Shown here piece by piece: positions 48,549 through 57,028 of a DNA stretch of 64,000 nt. A program made the translations under genes and the position numbers. This stretch comes from Candidatus Latescibacterota bacterium. Lineage in GTDB: Bacteria > Latescibacterota > UBA2968 > UBA8231. Position 1 is the first letter of the stretch. Each line of letters begins with the position of its first letter. A model generated the notes under the pieces. The model was not told where the DNA came from. It saw only the letters and a program-made list of their open reading frames with translations, and did no database searches. Where the stretch lies: positions 96,001-160,000 of the forward strand of contig OY730476.1 in NCBI GenBank assembly GCA_963422735.1. Reading direction: 5' to 3'.

Positions 48549-51500
48549 ATGGACCGAGCAAAAGGGCATAGACGCACTGACACGCTGGTAGAAGCGGTGA
48601 AAGCCGGCCTTGCGGCAATGCCAACTGACGATGTATTGACAACGGCTCAAAACCTGCTCGGGGTTCTGGGCTACCGGAGCAGCCGCACGCTGCACGGCCA
48701 GTCCGGCAATGTTGACGACTTCATCAGGCAGTTCCCCGCTCCCAAGTCCAACACGGCGACCGAACAGGCGTTCCGCGAAAATGTCCAATCCGTACAGTTC
48801 GTCTTTCAACTCACAAGTGATGAAATTGCCTCAGCCAGTCAGCCAACGCTCGGGCTTGAGACCGCTTCCTTTGACACAGGACACCAGCAGAGTTTTTTCT
48901 TTTTCGCCGTTGAGTTGAAGGAAGCCAGCTACGCCCGGAGCAAATACGCCGAGTTCACGCGCGAGCTGAACAAGCGACTGATTGCGCCAACGGTGGTGCT
49001 TTTCAAGACTGCGGACAATAGCCTCACGTTGGCTTTTGTTCACCGCCGGCAACACAGATATGACCCGAGCCGTGATGTATTGGGCAGTGTGTCGCTGGTG
49101 CGTGACATCAATCCAACCCAGCCGCACCGCGCTCACCTGGACATCCTGGCCGAACTGTCGCTGGAACATCTTCTGTCTTGGATGAGCGACCACAACAAGT
49201 CCCATGATTTCGATGGCCTGCTCGCGGCTTGGCTGGACGCGCTCGACACCGAGGAGCTGAACCGCCGCTTCTACAAGGACCTGTTTGAATGGTTTGATAA
49301 CGCCGTCCAAGAAGCGACCTTCCCCACCAACCAAGCCCGTACGCTGCCCCCCGAAGAACACATCATCCGCCTCATTACTCGCCTGCTGTTCGTCTGGTTC
49401 ATCAAGGAGAAAAGGCTGATTGCGGAGGATTTGTTCAACGAGACGAAAATCTCAGACCTGTTAAAAAACTACGACCGCGACACGGGCGATTCGTACTACC
49501 GCGCCGTGCTGCAAAACCTGTTTTTCGCCACCCTGAACACCGAGATAGGCAAGCGTGGCTTCAGCACAACGACAAACACAACGCACCGCGATTTTTCGCT
49601 GTATCGGTATAAACAAGAGATTGTTGACCCGGAAAAACTGCTGGCCTTATTTGCCCACACGCCATTCATCAACGGCGGCCTGTTTGACTGCTTGGACAGT
49701 GAAGAAGGCATCCGGGACGGCGGCTACCGGATTGACTGCTTTTCTGACAACGAGCGGCATTACACCAAGTTGAGCCTTCCCAACCGTCTGTTCTTTGGCG
49801 AACATGGGCTGATTCCCCTGTTCAACCGCTACAAGTTCACGGTGGAGGAGAACACGCCGGTTGAGCAGGAAGTGGCGTTAGACCCGGAGCTTCTGGGCAA
49901 GGTGTTCGAGAATCTGCTGGCCGCCTACAACCCGGAAACCCGCCAAACCGCCCGCAAGCAGACCGGATCGTATTACACGCCGCGTCCGGTGGTGGACTAC
50001 ATGGTGGACGAGGCACTGCTGGCATCGCTCGCGCAGCAATGCCAGCCAACCGACGGCGACGCCACGTTCTGGCAGGAGCGGCTGCGGTATCTCTTGAATT
50101 ATGAGGATGCTTTCAGCGATGCAGACGAACTGTTTGACAAGGACGAAGCAGCAGGCATCGTGCGCACTATTGCGGGCCTCAAGATACTCGACCCGGCGGT
50201 TGGCTCTGGTGCTTTTCCGATGGGTGTCTTGCACAAGCTGACCCTGGCGTTGAGAAGAATCGACCCCGACAACACCCGCTGGGCAGCCCTGCAAAAAGAA
50301 CGCGCCCAACAAAAGGCGGACGCAGCGTTCGAGACCAAAGACCGGCACGAGCGCGATGCAGAACTGCTGGAAATCAGCGAAACCTTTGAAAAGTATGCGG
50401 GCGACTTCGGGCGCAAGCTGTACCTGATTCAAAACAGCATCTTCGGCGTGGACATTCAGCCCATCGCCTGTCAGATTGCCAAGCTGCGCTTTTTCATCTC
50501 GCTGGCGATTGAACAGGAAGCCAACAACAACCCCAGTGACAACTACGGCATCAAGCCTCTGCCCAATCTGGAAACGCGCTTCATCGGGGCAGATGCGCTA
50601 CTGGAGCTCGAGGCTGCGGATCAACTGGACTTGTTCCGCCAGCAAATTGAGAGCCTGAAAACGAGACTGGCGAAAAACCGCGAGCGGCATTTTCACGCGC
50701 CCACGCGCCCACAAAAGCTGGCGTGCAAGAACGAGGACAAAAGATTGCGCCAAGCGTTGGCGAGGGAATTGAACTCCGCCGGCCTTCCCGAAGATGAAGC
50801 CAACAAAATCGCCCACTGGGACCCCTACGATCAGAATGCAACGGCGGCTTGGTTCGATGCCGAATATATGTTTGGCAACCGGGACGGCTTTGACGTGGTG
50901 CTGGGCAATCCGCCGTATGTCGAGTCAAGGAATAGTCTGCTAACTTCCAAACTGAAAGAGGCTTATCGCTCACAAGTTTTGGTTGATTGGGGAGACACTT
51001 TACCGCGTGGTAGTGACCTGCTGGTTTATTTCTATCCTCGTGCAGTGAAATTCCTCAGTAGTCAGGGCGGTATGGGTTGTTTCATAACTCAGAACGCTTG
51101 GCTTAGCACTGATTACGGCAAGAAATTCCAAGACTTTTCGCTTGGGAGGTTCTCGTTTGAGAGAATTATAGACACCTCCGCCAAGTTCTTCTCCGACGTT
51201 AAGAGCCAGAACATAAATGCAGTTATCACCATGTTCACAAGGGAACCGCTTGACAAAATGGCGTATGGCGTTGCGGATGCTGACATGGTGGTCACCCCGG
51301 TCAAGGCTATCTCGGCGAAGCAGAAAATGAAATGGGGGCATGTCTTTTCGATGCCGCCATTTTTTGCGTATATCCTGGAACATTTGCGATCTACATCCAG
51401 AAAGGAAAGTCCGTTCGCCTTTGGCCAGGGGTTGAACTTCCCGAAGGCAGAGTTGAATGACCCTGATGTTACGGTTCCAGTTATCGTGAGAGATTCAGGT

Positions 51501-52028
51501 TTTGTGGCCGCTTCAGCAGACGAGCTGATACGTGAAGTAAGAACGGGCAGAACTCGCAAGGTCCCAGCCCTCGTGATGCCGCGCGGCGTAGGCAGTCGGT
51601 ATTATTGCACCTTCAACCTGTGCAAGGCGTATTCATACAGCCATGTCGAATTTTATCTGCCTATGGAACTTTGGGACACAGATACGCACTATTGCCTGTG
51701 GGCGTATCTGAATTCTTCTCTGGTGTGGCTGTTCCGCGAAATTACGGGCCGGAAAAACCTGGGCGGCGGTATGCTCAAAGCCGAAGCTACCGAGATGAAG
51801 GCACTGCCGATAAATTTCGACTTTGATTTTGCCGCGCAAGCCAGGCAGGTCTTCATAGATATCCAAGACCGAAAACCGCTACCAGTCCAGGAAGAGGTTT
51901 ACACGCAAGAACATCTGCGCATCGACGCTATGGTTGCTGATTGTCTCGGCTTCGCTGACAAGCAGGATGACATTAGAAACACCTTGGTAGAGCAAGTGTC
52001 TTTTCGTCTGTCGAGAGCCATCCGATGA
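48549..52028 (+). CDS. type IIG / Eco57I-like N6-adenine DNA methyltransferase (RM)
   Basis: PFINGGLF, LLGKVFENLL, GSYYTPRPVV, LDPAVGSGAF, FGVDIQ, VLGNPPYV. Confidence 0.92.
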   Translation: MDRAKGHRRTDTLVEAVKAGLAAMPTDDVLTTAQNLLGVLGYRSSRTLHGQSGNVDDFIRQFPAPKSNTATEQAFRENVQSVQFVFQLTSDEIASASQPTLGLETASFDTGHQQSFFFFAVELKEASYARSKYAEFTRELNKRLIAPTVVLFKTADNSLTLAFVHRRQHRYDPSRDVLGSVSLVRDINPTQPHRAHLDILAELSLEHLLSWMSDHNKSHDFDGLLAAWLDALDTEELNRRFYKDLFEWFDNAVQEATFPTNQARTLPPEEHIIRLITRLLFVWFIKEKRLIAEDLFNETKISDLLKNYDRDTGDSYYRAVLQNLFFATLNTEIGKRGFSTTTNTTHRDFSLYRYKQEIVDPEKLLALFAHTPFINGGLFDCLDSEEGIRDGGYRIDCFSDNERHYTKLSLPNRLFFGEHGLIPLFNRYKFTVEENTPVEQEVALDPELLGKVFENLLAAYNPETRQTARKQTGSYYTPRPVVDYMVDEALLASLAQQCQPTDGDATFWQERLRYLLNYEDAFSDADELFDKDEAAGIVRTIAGLKILDPAVGSGAFPMGVLHKLTLALRRIDPDNTRWAALQKERAQQKADAAFETKDRHERDAELLEISETFEKYAGDFGRKLYLIQNSIFGVDIQPIACQIAKLRFFISLAIEQEANNNPSDNYGIKPLPNLETRFIGADALLELEAADQLDLFRQQIESLKTRLAKNRERHFHAPTRPQKLACKNEDKRLRQALARELNSAGLPEDEANKIAHWDPYDQNATAAWFDAEYMFGNRDGFDVVLGNPPYVESRNSLLTSKLKEAYRSQVLVDWGDTLPRGSDLLVYFYPRAVKFLSSQGGMGCFITQNAWLSTDYGKKFQDFSLGRFSFERIIDTSAKFFSDVKSQNINAVITMFTREPLDKMAYGVADADMVVTPVKAISAKQKMKWGHVFSMPPFFAYILEHLRSTSRKESPFAFGQGLNFPKAELNDPDVTVPVIVRDSGFVAASADELIREVRTGRTRKVPALVMPRGVGSRYYCTFNLCKAYSYSHVEFYLPMELWDTDTHYCLWAYLNSSLVWLFREITGRKNLGGGMLKAEATEMKALPINFDFDFAAQARQVFIDIQDRKPLPVQEEVYTQEHLRIDAMVADCLGFADKQDDIRNTLVEQVSFRLSRAIR

Positions 52029-52165
52029 TGTGCCCGGTCTTGGGGGACAAGGCAGCCAACTCGTCTGCCGACACCACCGCTCTGAAAGCCGAAATCGACA
52101 CGCTGGTGTATGGGCTGTACGGGCTGACGGGGGAGGAAATCGCCGCGGTGGAAGGGTATAAATGA
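52025..52165 (+). other. orphaned type IIG C-terminal helix as a 46-codon mini-ORF
   Basis: MMCPVLGDKAANSSADTTALKAEIDTLVYGLYGLTGEEIAAVEGYK; ATGA overlaps at both ends. Confidence 0.75.
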
Positions 52166-53139
52166 AATCGCGTTGCAGCGAACTACTTGACCGAGCGATA
52201 GCCGCAACCGTGGCCGCTATCGAGATTTACAACAAGCCGGACTTTCAGTATCGGGCGGAAACCTTCTGCATTCTGGCCATCAATGGTTGGGAACTGCTTT
52301 TGAAAGCGAAATGGTTGCATAAGAACGGCAACAAGATTCGGTCTCTCTATATGACGGAACCTCGCCACAAGAAAGATGGGACGAAGAGCAAGCGATTAAA
52401 AACCAAGCTCACTCGCTCGGGAAATCCATTCACGCACAGCATAGATCATCTTGCTAAGCAGCTTGTTGAACAGAAGCATTTAGATCGGAGAGCAATGGAC
52501 AATATAGAAGCATTGCTTGAATTGAGAGATTCTTCCGTTCATTTCTACCATCAATCAGGCGCAGTATTGGCGACCAGCCTTCAAGGGTTAGGCGCCGCCA
52601 GTCTTAAAAATTTCGTTTTAGCTATGAAAAAATGGTTTGATCGCGACTTGGCCGAACTCGATTTTTACTTAATGCCTCTGTCATTCGTTGAGTTGCCCAA
52701 GCAAGTGGACGCCATTATCCCTTCCAAAAAAGAAAAGAACTTTTTGAACTACCTCCGACAACTTGAGTCCGACACCAATAATTCAGATTCTGAATACGCC
52801 GTCACGCTCAACATTGATGTAAAGTTCACTCGTTCCAATACATCAGAGGCAACCCCAGTCCGGGTCACAACAGGTCCGGATGCTCTAGAAGTCCGACTGA
52901 CAGAAGAGCAAATTTTGGAGAAGTACCCTTGGGACTACAAGAAGCTGACAAAAGAATGCAAAAAACGATACACAGGCTTCAAATGCAATCAAAAATACCA
53001 TGACATCAGGAAGCTACATGAAAACAGGAATTTTTGTTTTATCCGATATCTTAATCCGAAAAATTCAAACAGTTCGTCGAAGAAGTTTTACAATCCCAAT
53101 ATCTTGAGTGAGTTTGACGAACGATATTTGAGAAAGTAG
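52162..53139 (+). CDS. DUF3644 family protein (HEPN-like)
   Basis: AIEIYNKPDF.YRAETF..LAINGWELLLKA; RDSSVH fits the RxxxxH motif; AT-rich. Confidence 0.8.
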   Translation: MKSRCSELLDRAIAATVAAIEIYNKPDFQYRAETFCILAINGWELLLKAKWLHKNGNKIRSLYMTEPRHKKDGTKSKRLKTKLTRSGNPFTHSIDHLAKQLVEQKHLDRRAMDNIEALLELRDSSVHFYHQSGAVLATSLQGLGAASLKNFVLAMKKWFDRDLAELDFYLMPLSFVELPKQVDAIIPSKKEKNFLNYLRQLESDTNNSDSEYAVTLNIDVKFTRSNTSEATPVRVTTGPDALEVRLTEEQILEKYPWDYKKLTKECKKRYTGFKCNQKYHDIRKLHENRNFCFIRYLNPKNSNSSSKKFYNPNILSEFDERYLRK

Positions 53140-53159
53140 TGTCGCCATCTGCCGCCGAC

Positions 53160-53321
53160 AATACCGCCCTAGAAACCCCATCCCCATAAAAAAACATGGA
53201 CGAAGATCCATAAGCCTGTTTCGACGAGGATTAGACCAACTCACCCAGATCATACACCAAACACAGGAGCAACCTAAACTCGCCCGACAATATGAAACCC
53301 ATTTTACTGTCGTGTACTTAG
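53160..53321 (+). mobile_element. IS4-family transposase 3' remnant with terminal end
   Basis: PIPIKKHGRRSISLFRRGLD..., frameshifted LLSCT* end (CTGTCGTGTACTTAG). Confidence 0.7.
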
Positions 53322-53875
53322 CTTATTTACAAAACAATGAAAGGTGAAGTTTTCAACTACAGAATAGTCTCTATAGGAGGAAACGCTGCCTCCGAATTTT
53401 GCCAAGATGAAAACGGAACGTAGTTTAGATCAAGGAGGCAACTTTCATTCTCATAAAAATTACGGAATCCCAGAACTCTCTACCCCGTTTATAGCTGAGT
53501 TGCGAGTGCTGCCCTACGACATAGTTGAAGGGAAGGGAAACGAGATACTTGATACAATATCCAAGTAATATTCCTTCGCCGTAAGAATGGCGATTCCCCA
53601 CCCACTTCGTTACGCATGGAGCGATACCAATCATGCCGTGCGGACTGTCCACCTTGGCCCAGGATCGTATCCGTTTTGCCATTCAACCCGTCCCACGGTT
53701 ATCTTGCGCGGTGTTGGCGGTACCGCTGGCCAGCAGGGCGGTCACGGGGAATTCTAACCTGCCCCGGCCTTGCCGGCAGGCATCCTGGCGGGTGCGATTT
53801 TTCTATATTTTCCCGTTTTAATGCAATCTAAGCCCGTGCGGCGCATAGCCGCGACGCGGAATTCTAGGAGGCCCC

Positions 53876-55141
53876 ATGACCGCGACTCAATGTAAGCTGC
53901 CCTTTGGCGACGGGTACCTGCCGGTTGCCGTACCTACCGAGCACCTGCTCGGCGTGGTGCTGCCCAAGGCAGCGGCCAACGACGACCGCGACGAGCAGGC
54001 TTTGGTGCGCGAAGCCTTGGCCCATCCGTTAGGAACGCCGGCGTTGCGGACGTTGGTGCGGCCCGGTCAGCAGGTCGCGATTGTGGTCAGCGATAGGACC
54101 CGGCCGTGCCCGACGGATCGCCTGTTGCCGCCCGTGCTAGAGGAATTGGCCGCCGCTGGTGTCCCGGACGCGGACGTGACTGTAGTGGTGGCCTTGGGGC
54201 TGCATCGGGCGCAGACCCCAGCCGAGTTGGTCACCTTGGTGGGTTCGGAGGTCTATGCGCGAGTGCGGGTTGTCAACCACGATGTAGAGGATGTGGTGCG
54301 ATTGGGAGTCACGGCGAGGGGCACACCCGTTGAGCTGTTCCGCCCTTTGGTGGAGGCCGATGTGCGGATTTGCTTGGGCAACTTGGAGTTCCACTATTTC
54401 GCCGGCTTTTCGGGTGGGGCCAAGGCGATCTTGCCCGGTTGTGCCTCTCCCAGTGCCGTAGCGGCCAACCACGGTTTGATGGCCCGGCCCGGCGCAGAGA
54501 CTGGGCGGCTTGAGGGCAATCCAGTGCGCGAAGATTTGGAAGAAGGCGCGGCCATGATAGGGGTTGACTTCATCCTCAATGTGATTGTGGACGACCGCCA
54601 TCGCATGGTCGCCGCCTTTGCTGGGCACGTGCGCGAGGCACATCGCAAGGGGTGCGAGCGGGTGGCCGAGCGCGGTGTCGTGCCCATTGCAGAACGCGCA
54701 GATATTGTGCTGGTCAGTGCCGGGGGGTATCCGCTTGATGTTAACATGTACCAGGCGCAAAAGGCCCTCGACAATGCTGTGCATGCCGTGCGCGAAGGCG
54801 GGGTCATCGTCTGGGTAGCCGAATGTCGCGAGGGGCTGGGCGGTGCCACGTTTGCTTCTTGGTTACAGGAGGCGGATTCGGCCGATGGGATTCTAAGGCG
54901 CATAGAGCGCGAATTCGTCTTGGGCGGGCACAAGGCCGCGGCCATTGCCGCGGTGGTGAAAAAGGCCCGGGTGCATTTGGTCTCGTCGCTGCCGGCCGAG
55001 GCCCTCGGCCGGGTCGGCGTGGTGCCCTTTGACGACTTAGACCAAGCCATGGCGGCCGCGCACGAGGTGGCCGGGTCGGCTGCCCGGATCTTGGCGTTGC
55101 CCTATGGAGACTCGGTACTGCCGCAGGCGGCGAGTGCCTAG
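53876..55141 (+). CDS. larA: nickel-pincer dependent lactate racemase family protein
   Basis: VSDRTRP, ALGLHR, HYFAGFSGGAKAILPG, GGYPLD.NMYQAQKA, AECREG, GGHKA. Confidence 0.9.
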   Translation: MTATQCKLPFGDGYLPVAVPTEHLLGVVLPKAAANDDRDEQALVREALAHPLGTPALRTLVRPGQQVAIVVSDRTRPCPTDRLLPPVLEELAAAGVPDADVTVVVALGLHRAQTPAELVTLVGSEVYARVRVVNHDVEDVVRLGVTARGTPVELFRPLVEADVRICLGNLEFHYFAGFSGGAKAILPGCASPSAVAANHGLMARPGAETGRLEGNPVREDLEEGAAMIGVDFILNVIVDDRHRMVAAFAGHVREAHRKGCERVAERGVVPIAERADIVLVSAGGYPLDVNMYQAQKALDNAVHAVREGGVIVWVAECREGLGGATFASWLQEADSADGILRRIEREFVLGGHKAAAIAAVVKKARVHLVSSLPAEALGRVGVVPFDDLDQAMAAAHEVAGSAARILALPYGDSVLPQAASA

Positions 55142-55171
55142 GGGGTGACGAATTTGATCAAGGCGCGACCG

Positions 55172-56056
55172 TTATTCGCCGCTGGCGAACAAGTCTAGTT
55201 GTTCTGTCTTCTCATCGATAAATCCCCCCAAGCCAATCCCGAGCCGGCGCACACCAACCTCGTCGGCCTCTGTGCAGGCGAGCAGTTCGCAGGCCGCTGC
55301 AAACAGGGTCTGGGCGCGGTCGCTAAAGGCGGCTAAGCGCAAGGTGTAGGTCGCGGTGCGAAGATCGAGGTAGCCCACCTGCAAGCTCACGTTGCGTCCC
55401 TGGATCCCTTTGCGCTGCAAGCGGCCACAGAGTGCGGCGGCCAATTCGCGCAAGGCATGGTGCATTTCCTCGCGGGTGTAGAGCGGGGCGGCGAACGCAG
55501 CTTCTTCGCGGATTTCGCTGAATGGCTCGGTCGGGGCGACCGGGTCGTCATCCCGCCCATGGGCGAGGTGCCAAAGGGACCGGCCCCGCGAGCCGAGGCG
55601 GCGCACGAGTTCGGAAAGCGGCACCTCAGCTAGCTGGCCGATGCGCTCTAGCTGCATGGTGGCGAGCCGCTGGCGCGTAATGGCTCCTACCCCGGGGAGC
55701 TGGTCAATTGGTACGGCGGCGAGAAAGTCCTCTACCTGTTCGGGCAGCACAACCGTCAAGCCGTCGGGGCGCTGGCGCGCCATGGCCAGCCGCGCCAGGA
55801 ATTTGTTGGGTGCCAAACCTATGGAGACGCTCCATCCTAGCTGCCGCTTAATATCGCCCTTGATCATCTTGGCTACGCGAGATCCAAAAGGGATATCGGG
55901 TTTGTTGTCGGTGACGTCGAGGACAGCATGGTCGTCGGTCCATTCGACCCAGTCCGTGTATTCGCGCAAGAGGGTTGCGAATTCCGGGCTTGGGCTGTGG
56001 GGACAGCTATCAACGCCGATGTGGATGATCTTGCGGTGTCCGCCGCTGGCCCTCAT
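55172..56056 (-). CDS. Y-family DNA polymerase (DinB)-like protein, probably non-catalytic
   Basis: RKIIHI, LDVT, SIGLAPNKFLARLA, LPGVG and a little-finger domain (VRRLGIGL); fingers region missing and catalytic motifs altered. Confidence 0.8.
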   Translation of the reverse strand: MRASGGHRKIIHIGVDSCPHSPSPEFATLLREYTDWVEWTDDHAVLDVTDNKPDIPFGSRVAKMIKGDIKRQLGWSVSIGLAPNKFLARLAMARQRPDGLTVVLPEQVEDFLAAVPIDQLPGVGAITRQRLATMQLERIGQLAEVPLSELVRRLGSRGRSLWHLAHGRDDDPVAPTEPFSEIREEAAFAAPLYTREEMHHALRELAAALCGRLQRKGIQGRNVSLQVGYLDLRTATYTLRLAAFSDRAQTLFAAACELLACTEADEVGVRRLGIGLGGFIDEKTEQLDLFASGE

Positions 56057-57024
56057 GCCGAAAAAGGCAGAGAGACGACGGTGGCCTGCGCTTGGCCTAC
56101 AGAGAGGACGGTGCCCGCAGCGCAGGCGGCCCGGCGCACGTAGGCTAGGCCGATGGGCCCCAAGGTGGGGGAGTGGACCGCAGAGGTGATGCGCCCTACC
56201 TCGCGCTTGCCGTCGTGCAGCGGTTGCCCCGTTGCCGGCAGCTCGGCGGCGGAAAGCCGCAACCCGACTAGATGTTGCTTGACTTTGTCGTAGGTATCTA
56301 AACGGGCGATGACTTCTTGGCCGATATAGCAGCCCTTATCCAGATGAATAGCGCGGCCGAGCTTAGCTTCCCAGGGGTTGTAGTCTTGGGTTAGTTCCCG
56401 CCCGAGTTGGGGAAGGCCCTGCTCGACGCGGAGAATTTCCCACGTGTGTTCGCTAATGGGGCTGGCCCCGGCGGCGGCAAAATGCTGCCAAAGGGCCGCT
56501 ACCGCTTCCGGCGGGCCGAAGACGCGCAGCCCGGGTCCGGCCTGCCGAGGAGTGTGTGCCAGCCACAAGTTGTCCCTGACCGCAGGGTCGAGTAGCTGGT
56601 GGTCGTGGAATCGCGCCAGGTCCTCGCCGAGTACCTCGGCGACCAGCGCGGCGGCGCGTGGGCCGATGAGCTCGAACATGATCGTCGCGTCGGTGCGGTC
56701 TGCCAATTCGAGGGCCTCGGCAAAAATAAAACGGTCCAACCAAGTGGGGATTGTGGTGCGCGAGTCAGGACTCAGGATCAAGACCGTAGCGTCCGGGCCG
56801 CGATAGCAGGTGGCGAGGTCGAGAATGCGTGCCCGCTGTTCGATAAATACCGCTTCGAGGCCGTATCCTACTTGCAGGTTGTGAAAGTCGTTGGAAGTCA
56901 TGCGGTGCAGGAAATCAAGGTGCTCGGCACCGCGCATGTACAAGCGAAACGAGGCTTGCGCGTCGCGTAGGGCTGCGCGGGCGCGGGCGGCGTGGTATTC
57001 GTCGCAATGGGTCATAACGGGCAA
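56053..57024 (-). CDS. folate-binding YgfZ/GcvT-like protein
   Basis: FLHRMTSND, LRVEQGLP, KGCYIGQEVIAR, GRITSA. Confidence 0.88.
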   Translation of the reverse strand: MPVMTHCDEYHAARARAALRDAQASFRLYMRGAEHLDFLHRMTSNDFHNLQVGYGLEAVFIEQRARILDLATCYRGPDATVLILSPDSRTTIPTWLDRFIFAEALELADRTDATIMFELIGPRAAALVAEVLGEDLARFHDHQLLDPAVRDNLWLAHTPRQAGPGLRVFGPPEAVAALWQHFAAAGASPISEHTWEILRVEQGLPQLGRELTQDYNPWEAKLGRAIHLDKGCYIGQEVIARLDTYDKVKQHLVGLRLSAAELPATGQPLHDGKREVGRITSAVHSPTLGPIGLAYVRRAACAAGTVLSVGQAQATVVSLPFSA

Positions 57025-57028
57025 GAGG

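Noticed and set aside
44624-53139. Complete DISARM, BREX or prophage
   Set aside because: No drmA/drmB, pglZ/brxC, integrase or phage structural genes were seen.
53587-53830. Missing 3' half of the FmdB gene at the island right border
   Set aside because: No CPxC-containing continuation or target duplication could be found by eye.
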